DNA of 28,491 nucleotides. It comes from an uncultured archaeon (GTDB taxonomy: Archaea; Asgardarchaeota; Jordiarchaeia; Jordiarchaeales; Jordiarchaeaceae). Below are positions 19,100 to 28,416 of this stretch, piece by piece; the stretch's first letter is position 1; every line of letters begins with the position of its first letter. A program made the translations under genes and the position numbers. The stretch is from NCBI GenBank assembly GCA_964510585.1, contig CAZECW010000028.1, forward strand, positions 1-28,491. Direction: 5' to 3'. A model generated the notes under the pieces. That model ran no database searches. It worked only from the letters and a program-made list of their open reading frames with translations, and was not told the origin of the DNA.

Positions 19100-19242
19100 G
19101 TGCTGAGGTTGATGCGGGCTTTAAGAAGGAATAACCCATAATTCACTGATCGACTCTCCCCCGCTAAACGGGGTTTTGTTAACCCTGCCGCACCACAATG
19201 CTATGTTAGGAAGTCCAATTTTTTACAGCATTGCCTCAGCAC
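19100..19242 (+). ncRNA. Candidate structured 5' leader / small RNA (unassigned family)
   Basis: Closing stem GTGCTGAGG/CCTCAGCAC, with internal stems TGCGG/CCGCA, CCCCG/CGGGG and CAATGCT/AGCATTG. It is a GC-richer island in AT-rich intergenic DNA, between a TATA-like box and the RBS. Confidence 0.4.
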
Positions 19243-19272
19243 CAGAAAAAAAGGTTAGAGGAGGAGAATGGG

Positions 19273-19761
19273 GTGAAAAAACTCAAAATCTTCTTTGTGG
19301 TGTTCTTCGCGGCAATCATGCTGGGGATTGGAACCGGCGTGGTAACAGCACAAGCATATAGGATTCCAGAACAAAACCCTCTCGTCATCGGCGTGTCCAT
19401 GCTTACCCCTACCAGGAGTTCCGCTGTAATTAATCCATTGGATTCGAAGACAATCGCGATGATAGAGAACGGCTCACTCACCCTCCAGGCAATTGCTCCA
19501 ATTAAGGAAATGTGTCAAGACGTAGTGACTGAGGGTTTTAAACAGTGGCAGAAGCAGAAAATAGTTAGTGGAGAGCTTAAGCCTTTCTCTTCACCTCCTG
19601 ACAATGAAACACTCAAGGCCCTGTTCTTCCAATTTTTGTCAGAGAGCCAAAAAGACGCGGAGATTTTCAAATACTACGATGAACTGTTATCATATGAGAA
19701 CCAAAAAATACTGGAGCAGCAAATCCTCATGGTAAACCATTATACGCTTAAAGCGTTTTAG
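19273..19761 (+). CDS. Hypothetical secreted/membrane-anchored protein
   Basis: GTG 19273 follows GAGGAGGAG. N-terminus MKKLKIFFVVFFAAIMLGIGTGVVTA-QA looks like a Sec signal peptide; no family recognised. Confidence 0.65.
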   Translation: MKKLKIFFVVFFAAIMLGIGTGVVTAQAYRIPEQNPLVIGVSMLTPTRSSAVINPLDSKTIAMIENGSLTLQAIAPIKEMCQDVVTEGFKQWQKQKIVSGELKPFSSPPDNETLKALFFQFLSESQKDAEIFKYYDELLSYENQKILEQQILMVNHYTLKAF

Positions 19762-19897
19762 ACAAAGTATGAAAATTTTTAGTTTTTCATGGGAAACAAA
19801 AGAAGAATGTTTTTGGCCGTAATCACCTAGCTTTCTCTGACGTTAGCTTTTTTCAAAACCAATTCTCAGGATATACCTCTCTATTTCTAGTGTGGTT

Positions 19898-20677
19898 CTA
19901 AAATCCTAAAGCTCTGTGTATCACTTGCTGGCTTGTGTTGTAGAGTGTCAGTCCGCCGTCTACCACAATCACCTGACCTGTTATGTAGCCTGCTCCCGGG
20001 GATGCTAGGTAGGCTGCGGCTTCAGCTATGTCTTCTGGTGTTCCGTATCTATGTATGGGTATCTCCTTGTGGAGTTCGGGTGTTGCTGTTAACATGTCCT
20101 TGGTCATACCTGTTTTTATTATTCCTGGTGCGATCGCGTTCACCGTTATTCCCCTGTGAGCCACCTCCAACGCTAGTGCTCTTGTTAGGCCTATCATAGC
20201 CGCTTTTGCAGCGCTGTAGTGGGCGCTGGTGGTTTCTCCATTTATACCCGCTACCGAGGATATATTGATTATTCTGTCTCCCTCCCGCATAGATTTGACA
20301 ACGGCGCGTGAGAAATAGAATGCACCATCAACGTGCACCCTGAACATGTTGCGCCACTGTTCTGTGGTCATGTCTTGGAGCATACTAAAGTTTACTATGC
20401 CTGCATTGTTTACTAGAATATTTACCCTTCCCAGATTTTTCTCAGTTTCTTCAACTGCTTGAATTACTTGGGCTTCTTCACCCACATCACACTTGACAGC
20501 TATGGCTCTGCCACCCAATTCTCCAATTTCTTTGGCTACCCTTTCTGCTCCCTCAATGTTAATGTCGACCAAGGAAATCTTGGCACCTTCAAGCGCGAAG
20601 CGGTGGGCGATACCACGACCAATACCAGAAGCGGCGCCGGTGATGAGGGCAACCCTACCCGATAATTTTCCATTCAA
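19898..20677 (-). CDS. Short-chain dehydrogenase/reductase (FabG-like, probably NAD-preferring)
   Basis: TGAASGIG, LVDIN (acidic residue after beta-2), LVNNAG, NISS, YSAAK, and YITGQVIVVDGG. TTG start at 20677 after GGAGG. Confidence 0.92.
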   Translation of the reverse strand: MNGKLSGRVALITGAASGIGRGIAHRFALEGAKISLVDINIEGAERVAKEIGELGGRAIAVKCDVGEEAQVIQAVEETEKNLGRVNILVNNAGIVNFSMLQDMTTEQWRNMFRVHVDGAFYFSRAVVKSMREGDRIINISSVAGINGETTSAHYSAAKAAMIGLTRALALEVAHRGITVNAIAPGIIKTGMTKDMLTATPELHKEIPIHRYGTPEDIAEAAAYLASPGAGYITGQVIVVDGGLTLYNTSQQVIHRALGF

Positions 20678-20983
20678 AACAACGACCTCCAAAAATTTGT
20701 ATTAATTAGTGGAACAGGCAAACTTTTAAGAATTTTCAAAACAGGTTCCCCATCCATAGGATCAAACAAATTGCTAAAAGCGTCCTTTGTCAAGAGTATG
20801 GAGGGTACCTATTATTGCTTATTATTCGATTAGGTTTTCTCCAAAAAACTCCATAAAGGCTGCCTTTTGGAGGTATACCACGCTCTTCTACATTATTATT
20901 GTTATAGTTAAAGACATATATGCAAAAAGAACATTTTTTAGATGCAAGGATCTGTATTTATTGGTGACTTATGGGGAAACGCT

Positions 20984-21853
20984 ATGTCGCGCTCCTATGG
21001 AAGCCAATCTATGACGGCTCAGCTTAAAAGTATACTTGTAAGAAGACCTCTGGAGGAAGAATGGCATATAAAGGATTGGAGGAAATGGGGTTATCTTAGA
21101 AAACCGAATATAAAATTGGCTAGGGAGGAACACGCAAACTTCGTTGAAACTATAAAGGCTGAGGGGGTACGCGTGTTCTTTGTTGATGATGTTCACAAGG
21201 AACGCTTGGACGCCATTTTTACCAGCGATCCAGCGATCATAACTGATAGGGGCGCAGTGATACTTAAAATGAGCAAGGCTTTGAGGATTGGGGAAGAAGA
21301 AACCCTAAGTGAGAACATTGCAAAACTGAATATTCCCGTCCTTGGAAGAATTCAGGGAGAAGCAACCCTTGAGGGAGGAGACGTATTGTGGCTAGACCCC
21401 AAAACCATTATAATCGGCCGCTCCTATCGCTCCAACATTCAGGGAATTACACAACTAAAAAATATTCTAAATGGCTTGGCCAACACAAGCCACGTGGACT
21501 TGCCCCATTGGCATGGATCAGGAGAGTGCCTCCACCTCCTGTCTCTAATTAGCTTAATAGATGAGGATTTAGCGCTGGTTTATCCAGAATTGGCACCAGT
21601 GTCACTATTAGAGAGCCTAAAAGCGAGAAACATAAAAATAGTTGATGTTCCAAGAAGGGAGTTTGAAACCCAAGGCTGCAATGTTTTAACACTAAAGCCC
21701 CGAAAATGCATGATGGTAGAGGGAAACCCCAAAACAAGAAAAACTCTGGAAAAAGAGGGAGTAGAAGTAATCGAATTCCAAGGGAAAGAGATATGCCTAA
21801 ACAGAACAGGAGGACCATCATGCCTCGTATGCTCAATTCTAAGAGACTACTAA
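20984..21853 (+). CDS. Amidinotransferase superfamily enzyme (DDAH/arginine deiminase-like)
   Basis: AREEH, IFTSDP, LEGGD, CLHL, and C-terminal GGPSC with the catalytic Cys. Start placed at ATG 20984. Confidence 0.88.
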   Translation: MSRSYGSQSMTAQLKSILVRRPLEEEWHIKDWRKWGYLRKPNIKLAREEHANFVETIKAEGVRVFFVDDVHKERLDAIFTSDPAIITDRGAVILKMSKALRIGEEETLSENIAKLNIPVLGRIQGEATLEGGDVLWLDPKTIIIGRSYRSNIQGITQLKNILNGLANTSHVDLPHWHGSGECLHLLSLISLIDEDLALVYPELAPVSLLESLKARNIKIVDVPRREFETQGCNVLTLKPRKCMMVEGNPKTRKTLEKEGVEVIEFQGKEICLNRTGGPSCLVCSILRDY

Positions 21854-21998
21854 CCCATCGCTCACTCCACTGATTCACTCCCAAAGGAAAAGTAATGGAA
21901 AAACAAACTAAAAAAGTTTTGATGATTAATTTGGGGATGGGTGGATTCAAACCGCTTGCAGTTCCATTTATTTGGCTTAATGTTCTACGACTGGAGAG

Positions 21999-22397
21999 CT
22001 ACTCTTGGTTTAGGTGTTCACGGATGAAGGCCACTATGTCCTTGATTAGAGATCCTGGACCGTAGACGTTTGCAACTCCCATTTTCTTTAACTCGGCGAA
22101 GTCCACTTCTGGAATTGCTCCTCCTACCAGTATCATAAACCTGTCCTTTAGTCCCTTCTCCTCTAGTAACTGGACGAGTTTTTTGGTGTATGCTATGTGC
22201 GCTCCGGAGTGTATGCTCATTCCAATTATGTCTACGTCTTCTTCTATAGCGGTTTTCACGATTTGATCTATGGTTTGGAATCCTCCGAACACTACTTCCA
22301 TTCCTGCGTCTCTCAGCCCCATGGATACAGTTACTGCGCCTCTCCAGTGTCCATCCACGCCGGGTTTTGACATCAAGAACTTTATTTTCTTGGGCAA
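21999..22397 (-). CDS. Cobalamin-binding small subunit of acyl-CoA mutase
   Basis: KPGVDGHWRGA (DxHxxG), GMSIHSGAH and VGGAIP; lies 12 bp downstream of the large subunit. Confidence 0.93.
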   Translation of the reverse strand: MPKKIKFLMSKPGVDGHWRGAVTVSMGLRDAGMEVVFGGFQTIDQIVKTAIEEDVDIIGMSIHSGAHIAYTKKLVQLLEEKGLKDRFMILVGGAIPEVDFAELKKMGVANVYGPGSLIKDIVAFIREHLNQE

Positions 22398-22409
22398 AGT
22401 GAGGCACCT

Positions 22410-24086
22410 CTAAGTCATCATGGGTGGATTCCAGATACCCCACATTTCACGATAAACGTTGCAAATTTCTCCTAGAGTTGCTCCCTCTTTCGTGGCTTCC
22501 ATAACTGCGGGTAGCACATTTTCTTCTCTCTCACAAACTCTGCGCAGCTTGTCTAAGAGCTCCTGCACTTTTCTATTGTCTCTCCTTGCCTTCAACTTCT
22601 TGATACGTTCAATTTCTATTTCTGCGGCTCTAGGATTAGTTCTAAATACTTTGGTGGAAGGCACCTCGTCACGGACGTATATGTTAACACCTATTACCTT
22701 CTCTTTTCCTTCCTCTATGGCTGTTTGACGCTTGTGGAAGGCGTTTCTCATTTCTTGGAAAAGCCATCCACTTTCCAGCCCGCCCACTATGCCCCCATGG
22801 GCCTCTATTTTGTCCATATACTTCCAAACTCTATCCTCTATTTCATCAGTTAGCCACTCCACATAGTAGGAGCCTGCTAGAGGATCAATGGTGTTGGTGA
22901 CTCTAGTTTCTTCAGCAATTACCTGCTGAGTTCTTAGGGCAAGTAGTACCGCTTCCTCGCTGGGAAGGCATATTGCCTCATCGTAAGAGTTTGTGTGCAT
23001 AGACTGGCAACCGCCCAGCACAGCCTCCAGAGCCTGGATCGTGGTTCTAATTATGTTTACGGTAGGCTGCTGCGCCGTTAGGGAGCTTCCCGCAGTCTGA
23101 ATGTGAAACCTGAACTGGTAGGATTCGCGGTTTTTGGCCTCGTATTTGTCTCTCATAAGTTTGTACCATATTCTTCGGGCCGCGCGAAACTTAGCGATTT
23201 CCTCGAAAAAGTCCTTGTGGGCTGAAAGGTGGAATGCGAGGCGCCCCACAAAGTCATCTATGTGCCAGCCCCTCTCAATTAAGTTATCAATGTGTGCCAT
23301 GGCATTAGCGAATCCTATTGCCAATTCCTGAATTGCATCAATGCCCCCTTCACGATAATTGTAGGTGGTGAAGTTTATGGGGTGCCATTTTGGAACGTTC
23401 TTCTGGGCTGCGGTGTACTCTATTAGGTCGCAGGCTAGTCTGAGCAGGTGGTGGGGTGCAACGTTTTCGAAAGGTACGAAGCCTAAACTCATGGTGCAAA
23501 TGTCGTTCTGGCAGGTTCCCATAAGGTTTTTGAGGTCTATGCCTTTGCTCTTTGCCATGTTGAAATACATGGCGCATACGGGAGCACTCGTAAAGGGTTC
23601 AACAACCAGTGCAACGCTGATTTTATCTATGGGGAGTCCCTCCGTGAGGGCATACATGCTGTCTATACAGTAAAGTGGCACGCCGGATGTACCTACTTCC
23701 GCCATTGCTCTGGGATCATCTGGATCAAGTCCGTTAAAGGTTAAAGCGTCCACCGCGGCGCTGAACCCTGTTTCTCCCTCCCTATAAAGTAGTTTCCACC
23801 TCTCATTTGTCTCCTCGGGGGTACCGTATCCCGAAAAAAGTCTCATGGTCCATAAACGGCCACGGTACATGTTTAGATAAACGCCCCTTGTGTAGGGAGG
23901 CTGCCCCGGGAACCCCACGTCTCTCAGATAATCATGATTTTTTATGTCCGCCGGTGTATAGAGCCTCTTTACCGGTATGCCCGAGTAGGTTGTGAACTCT
24001 ACGTCGCGTTCCTTACATTTTTCGACCTTTTTTTCCCAATTCTTCTGGTTTTCTTCAATTTCCTTTATCGCCTCTGGATCGAACAT
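22410..24086 (-). CDS. B12-dependent acyl-CoA mutase large subunit (methylmalonyl-CoA mutase family, non-canonical specificity residues)
   Basis: PGQPPYTRG, GRLWTMR, QND, FFEEIAKFRAARRIW, HIQTAGSSLTAQQP, HTNSYDEA and IDPLAGSYYVE. Confidence 0.93.
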   Translation of the reverse strand: MFDPEAIKEIEENQKNWEKKVEKCKERDVEFTTYSGIPVKRLYTPADIKNHDYLRDVGFPGQPPYTRGVYLNMYRGRLWTMRLFSGYGTPEETNERWKLLYREGETGFSAAVDALTFNGLDPDDPRAMAEVGTSGVPLYCIDSMYALTEGLPIDKISVALVVEPFTSAPVCAMYFNMAKSKGIDLKNLMGTCQNDICTMSLGFVPFENVAPHHLLRLACDLIEYTAAQKNVPKWHPINFTTYNYREGGIDAIQELAIGFANAMAHIDNLIERGWHIDDFVGRLAFHLSAHKDFFEEIAKFRAARRIWYKLMRDKYEAKNRESYQFRFHIQTAGSSLTAQQPTVNIIRTTIQALEAVLGGCQSMHTNSYDEAICLPSEEAVLLALRTQQVIAEETRVTNTIDPLAGSYYVEWLTDEIEDRVWKYMDKIEAHGGIVGGLESGWLFQEMRNAFHKRQTAIEEGKEKVIGVNIYVRDEVPSTKVFRTNPRAAEIEIERIKKLKARRDNRKVQELLDKLRRVCEREENVLPAVMEATKEGATLGEICNVYREMWGIWNPPMMT

Positions 24087-24988
24087 AGCACCACATCCTC
24101 AAACCCATAAAGTTAAGTTTAATATTTAACTATTTATTATCCTCATTCCTTAAACAATTTTTGGGTTCTACTACCATCTCACAATTTTATCGAATCTCTG
24201 TTTACGAGCACTTCATGGCTTATAATTTTTTTTATCCAATACTCGATACAATAAACCCTCTATATTAAATTGTCTATCAAATTAGCAATTAAGATAAACA
24301 CACTAACCCCAAAGACCTTGAAAACTCCACACAGGTAATTAACTTGGCTGAAACGCACAAAAAATAATCAGCCACTTCTAAAAAACTGTACTCCTCTGCT
24401 CGGATTAGCCTCCCAGGGCAACCTTAACTAAGAATCTCCTAACCTATACCCTAAAAGAAGCATTAATGTAGGCTATCAAAACTGCTTCCAAAATTTGGCA
24501 CGCTAAAAACAGGCTGTGCTTTTGGATGAAGGCCTGTTTTTTCTTTGAGGACAGCTTGCAAAAGAGGCTTAATTAAACTTCCCGTCCATCCTAAACCTAT
24601 TTACAAGAGAGGAGGTCAGAACGCATATGAATAAAAATAACAAAAAAGGGCCTTCGGTATTAACCAAAATTTTGGGAAAAAATTTTAATATTTAAAGGAA
24701 TGAGCGTTATAGCACAGCTCCATTTCGCCCTCAGAACCGAAAAATGCATCCCAGCAAAACGCGTTTAAAACAGACTAGGTAGAACACCGTTAAAAGGAGA
24801 ACCAAACAGCTAGAAGCCCCGGAATAAAAGTGCAGAAACCTAATAATGAGCGCAGCACACATCCTACAACCATTGCAACCGTTATCCAAAAACTCGTGGA
24901 AATCGGGAAAATTGAGGTGTGAAAATAACGGGTTTTAATGGTGGGGGCGAAATGGGAGTCTAATCCAAATATGAATGAGGTTACCATT

Positions 24989-25453
24989 ATGAGTGAACTA
25001 CCGGAAAAGGATGAGGGAATATACGTCCATCGAAGTGGAATAAAAGTCCCTTACCAGTGGCATGCCGGAGAATATGCAACCTACTTTTACAAACAGCTGA
25101 GAGAAAAAAAGATTTGGGGAACCAAGTGTCCAGAGTGTGGTAAAGTCTATGTGCCTCCTAAGAAGATCTGCATAGAGTGTTTTAAGCAGTGCCGTGAATG
25201 GGTGGAACTGAGTGACACCGGAACCCTACTCACCTACACCATTGTTAGGTATAGTGAGCCACTCATTCAGCCAAGAGAGCCACCATTCGCATATGGCATA
25301 ATAAAACTGGATGGAGCCGACACTGGAATGGTACATTTCCTAGGAGAAGTCGACTTTGACAAGATTAAGGTCGGCATGAGGGTTAAGGCGGTGTTCAACG
25401 AAAATCCCGAGGGAAACTATCTAGACATAAAATACTTTAAGCCGGTAGGGTGA
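24989..25453 (+). CDS. DUF35 Zn-ribbon/OB-fold thiolase partner
   Basis: GTKCPECGKVYVPPKKICIEC, GTLLTYTIV, KLDGADT and KVGMRVKAVF. ATG 24989 follows GAGGT. Confidence 0.92.
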   Translation: MSELPEKDEGIYVHRSGIKVPYQWHAGEYATYFYKQLREKKIWGTKCPECGKVYVPPKKICIECFKQCREWVELSDTGTLLTYTIVRYSEPLIQPREPPFAYGIIKLDGADTGMVHFLGEVDFDKIKVGMRVKAVFNENPEGNYLDIKYFKPVG

Positions 25454-25460
25454 AAACGTT

Positions 25461-26594
25461 ATGAAGGTTGGAATAGTAGGAGTAGCTCAAACAAAACATG
25501 AGGGAAAGAAACCCAAACAGATTTTCGCAGATATGATATTTGAAGTGGTCAGTAAAGCCTTGGACGACGCGGGACTGGTGAGAGACGACATTGAAAACGT
25601 GGTGACCATCAGCAGTGACTTCTGGGATGGAAGGACCATTTCCAGTATGGCTGTTATGGACGCTTCAGGCTCGGTGGGGCGCGACGTAACCACCGTTGAA
25701 GGAGACGGAACCTTCGGAACAGTAATGGGCGTCATGCGCACACTAGCAGAATTTGAAACCACAGTGGTATGTGCCCACGCCAAAATTTCGGAGTGCAACC
25801 CCAGAGTAGTCTTCAACTGTGCATTCGACCCCATATATGAAAGAATACTGGGTTTAGATGCCATATCCTCATCTGCCCTCCAGGCCAGAAGATACATGGT
25901 AAAATATGGAGCCACTGAAGAACAGTTTGCAAAGGTCTCAGTCAAAAACCACAAAAACGCCTTCAACAATCCATACGCACACTTACCGCTAAACATTACA
26001 GTTGAAGATGTACTCAAATCAAGAATGCTAGCAGACCCCCTAAAAGTTCTCGATTGCTCCCCTGTCACTGACGGCGCAGCAGCAATCATCCTTGCCAAAG
26101 AGTCAAAGGCCAAACAAATCTGCGACAACCCCATCTGGATAAATGGAATAGGATACTGCTGTGACGCCTACCATCTCGGAGAAAGAGATTTAGCAGAAAC
26201 TGCAGCACTGAGAAAAGCCGCTGAGAGAGCCTACAAAATGGCGGGCATAAAAAACCCCCTAAAAGAGATTGATGTGGCCGAAGTTTACGACGCCTTTTCA
26301 TACATGGAACCCATGTGGATGGAAGGACTAGGCTTCTGCAAAAAGGGTGAGGGCGTAAAACTAATAGACGAAGGAATAACCGAAATGGGCGGCCAGCTAC
26401 CCGTGAATCCCTCGGGAGGAGTACTCTCAGCCCACCCAGTACTCGTAGCAGGACTGGTCAGAATAATAGAGTGTGTGCTACAGCTCAGAGGAGAAGCAGA
26501 CAAAAGACAGGTACCCGACGCTGAAGTCGCACTAGCCCACGGAATAAACGGCCCCTGCGGCCAATCCCATTGTGTACTCATACTAGGAAAATGA
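25461..26594 (+). CDS. SCP2-type thiolase-fold protein lacking the nucleophilic Cys (Ltp4-like)
   Basis: SVKNH, DCSPVTDGAAA, AEVYDAF and VNPSGG. The usual CxSG region reads VEGDGTFG. Confidence 0.85.
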   Translation: MKVGIVGVAQTKHEGKKPKQIFADMIFEVVSKALDDAGLVRDDIENVVTISSDFWDGRTISSMAVMDASGSVGRDVTTVEGDGTFGTVMGVMRTLAEFETTVVCAHAKISECNPRVVFNCAFDPIYERILGLDAISSSALQARRYMVKYGATEEQFAKVSVKNHKNAFNNPYAHLPLNITVEDVLKSRMLADPLKVLDCSPVTDGAAAIILAKESKAKQICDNPIWINGIGYCCDAYHLGERDLAETAALRKAAERAYKMAGIKNPLKEIDVAEVYDAFSYMEPMWMEGLGFCKKGEGVKLIDEGITEMGGQLPVNPSGGVLSAHPVLVAGLVRIIECVLQLRGEADKRQVPDAEVALAHGINGPCGQSHCVLILGK

Positions 26595-26602
26595 GGTGAA
26601 TA

Positions 26603-27769
26603 ATGATGAGAAGAGTAGGTATTGTAGGAGTAGGCCAAACCCACCACAGATCTCACAGACCAGACGTAACTGGACAGGAAATGATAAACGAAGCGGTACA
26701 AAGAGCACTCGACGACGCCGAGCTCACTATAGAGGAGATTGACGCGGTGGTCATAGGGAACATGGACCACTTTGAGGGCATAAACTATGTTGATACTTGG
26801 AGTATAGATGGTTCCGGAGGATTCATGAAGCCAATTATGAAGATGACAACCGGTGGAACAACTGGAACCACACTTGCTATTGGTGGATACTATCATGTAG
26901 CTTCTGGAATGTTTGATACGGTTCTGGTCATCGGATGGGAGAAAAACTCTGAGTCCGACACCACAGCGGCAATCGCCACCTGCGCAAATCCCATAATAGA
27001 AAGAGACTTTTTCTCGGGAGCCATAGGTCCCCTAGCCACAGCTGCCACAGGGTACATGGAGCGTTACGGGGCTACCGAGGAGGACGCCGCCATAGTATCA
27101 GTGAGAGAACACACCAACGCGCTTGACAATCCCTACGCCCATGTACGGATAAAAATAACTGTCGAGGACGTGTTGAAATCACCAATGCTCTCATACCCAA
27201 TAAAACTTCTAGACATGTGTCCAAGATCAGACGGCGCCTGCGCAATAATTTATGCAGAAGAGAAGAAAGCTAGGCAGATAACAGACACCCCTGCATGGGT
27301 CAAGTGCTGCGTGACTCGGCACGACTATACCCACTTTGGAGACCTAACTTTGGGAGCACGGGACTGGGGTATTGCTATGCCGACATTGGAGGCGGCTTCC
27401 AGGGAAGCATACAAAATATGCAAGATAAAGAATCCACTCAAAGACTTCGACCTCATGGAATTATATACGCCATCCTCCTTCTCGGGACTAATGTGGATGG
27501 AATCTTTAGGGGTATGCGGACCGGGTGAGAACATAAAGCTTAACCGCGAGGGAGTATACGAAAAATACGGGGAATTACCAGTAAATCTTTCAGGAGGAGT
27601 AATCTGCACAAACCCCATAGGTGCAACTGGTCTTATTAGAGTCGGCGAAGCAGCACTCCAAATAATGAAAAAAGCGGGCAAGCGTCAAGCACCAGGGGAA
27701 GTTAGAAGAGCGCTATGCACCGGCTTCGGGGGATGCAGCTGGACCGACATTGTGATTCTAGAGGCATAA
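26603..27769 (+). CDS. SCP2-type thiolase-fold protein lacking the nucleophilic Cys (Ltp3-like)
   Basis: GWEK, DMCPRSDGACA, MELYTP and VNLSGGVICTNPIGATG. The CxSG region reads TTGGTTGT. Confidence 0.85.
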   Translation: MMRRVGIVGVGQTHHRSHRPDVTGQEMINEAVQRALDDAELTIEEIDAVVIGNMDHFEGINYVDTWSIDGSGGFMKPIMKMTTGGTTGTTLAIGGYYHVASGMFDTVLVIGWEKNSESDTTAAIATCANPIIERDFFSGAIGPLATAATGYMERYGATEEDAAIVSVREHTNALDNPYAHVRIKITVEDVLKSPMLSYPIKLLDMCPRSDGACAIIYAEEKKARQITDTPAWVKCCVTRHDYTHFGDLTLGARDWGIAMPTLEAASREAYKICKIKNPLKDFDLMELYTPSSFSGLMWMESLGVCGPGENIKLNREGVYEKYGELPVNLSGGVICTNPIGATGLIRVGEAALQIMKKAGKRQAPGEVRRALCTGFGGCSWTDIVILEA

Positions 27770-27786
27770 ATGATGGAGGAATCAGG

Positions 27787-28263
27787 ATGAGCGAAAAGAA
27801 GGAGAAAAAGGAGTATCTAACTATAACCTCTGGAAAGACATGGGCACCCTACAATTGGCATGTGGGTGAATACTGGACCAAGTTTCTAGACGGGCTAAAA
27901 GAAAAGAAATTCTACGGAATAAAATGCCACAAGTGCGGGACAGTATACGCTCTACCAAGACAGGTCTGCGGAAGATGCTTCGTCAAAATGGAGAACTGGG
28001 TAGAACTCCCACACGAAGGTACCATCACGTCCTTTACCGTGGTAAAATTCCCATACATTGATCCCAACACTGGCCAAATAATTCAGCCCCTCCCCTTCAC
28101 AACTGCCTCCATTAGACTAGACGGAGCGGATACCGCCATCTGGCACTACCTCAACATAACAGACGAAACCAAGATTAAAGTCGGACAACGGGTGAGAATA
28201 GTCTGGCAAGAAAAAAGGAAGGGCAGCATTCACGACATTAAGCACTTCGAAATCATCGACTAA
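27787..28263 (+). CDS. Second DUF35 Zn-ribbon/OB-fold protein
   Basis: GIKCHKCGTVYALPRQVCGRC, GTITSFTVV, RLDGADT and KVGQRV. ATG 27787 follows GGAGG. Confidence 0.92.
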   Translation: MSEKKEKKEYLTITSGKTWAPYNWHVGEYWTKFLDGLKEKKFYGIKCHKCGTVYALPRQVCGRCFVKMENWVELPHEGTITSFTVVKFPYIDPNTGQIIQPLPFTTASIRLDGADTAIWHYLNITDETKIKVGQRVRIVWQEKRKGSIHDIKHFEIID

Positions 28264-28298
28264 ACTAAAAATACACCATTCAAATAGTTTCAGGGTTT

Positions 28299-28350
28299 AA
28301 AAAAGGGAATCTTTTCTTCTCTCCTTTTTTTGGTTTCCCCTCTTTTCTTT
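28299..28350 (+). terminator. Probable terminator of the DUF35/thiolase operon
   Basis: AAAAAAGGGA...TCCTTTTTTT inverted repeat and a long pyrimidine/oligo-T tract just after the last stop codon. Confidence 0.5.
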
Positions 28351-28416
28351 GGCACAATGTAATAATTATGTTTTTGGGAGTTAAGTTAACTAACCCCTTT
28401 TCGTCTAAATGAGGGT

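Noticed and set aside
19100..19160. TPP riboswitch or hammerhead ribozyme (GCTGAG, ACCC, CTGATC words)
   Set aside because: The TPP 3' core (TAAT...GCGxAGGG) is missing, and the hammerhead CUGANGA/GAAA pair is not present.
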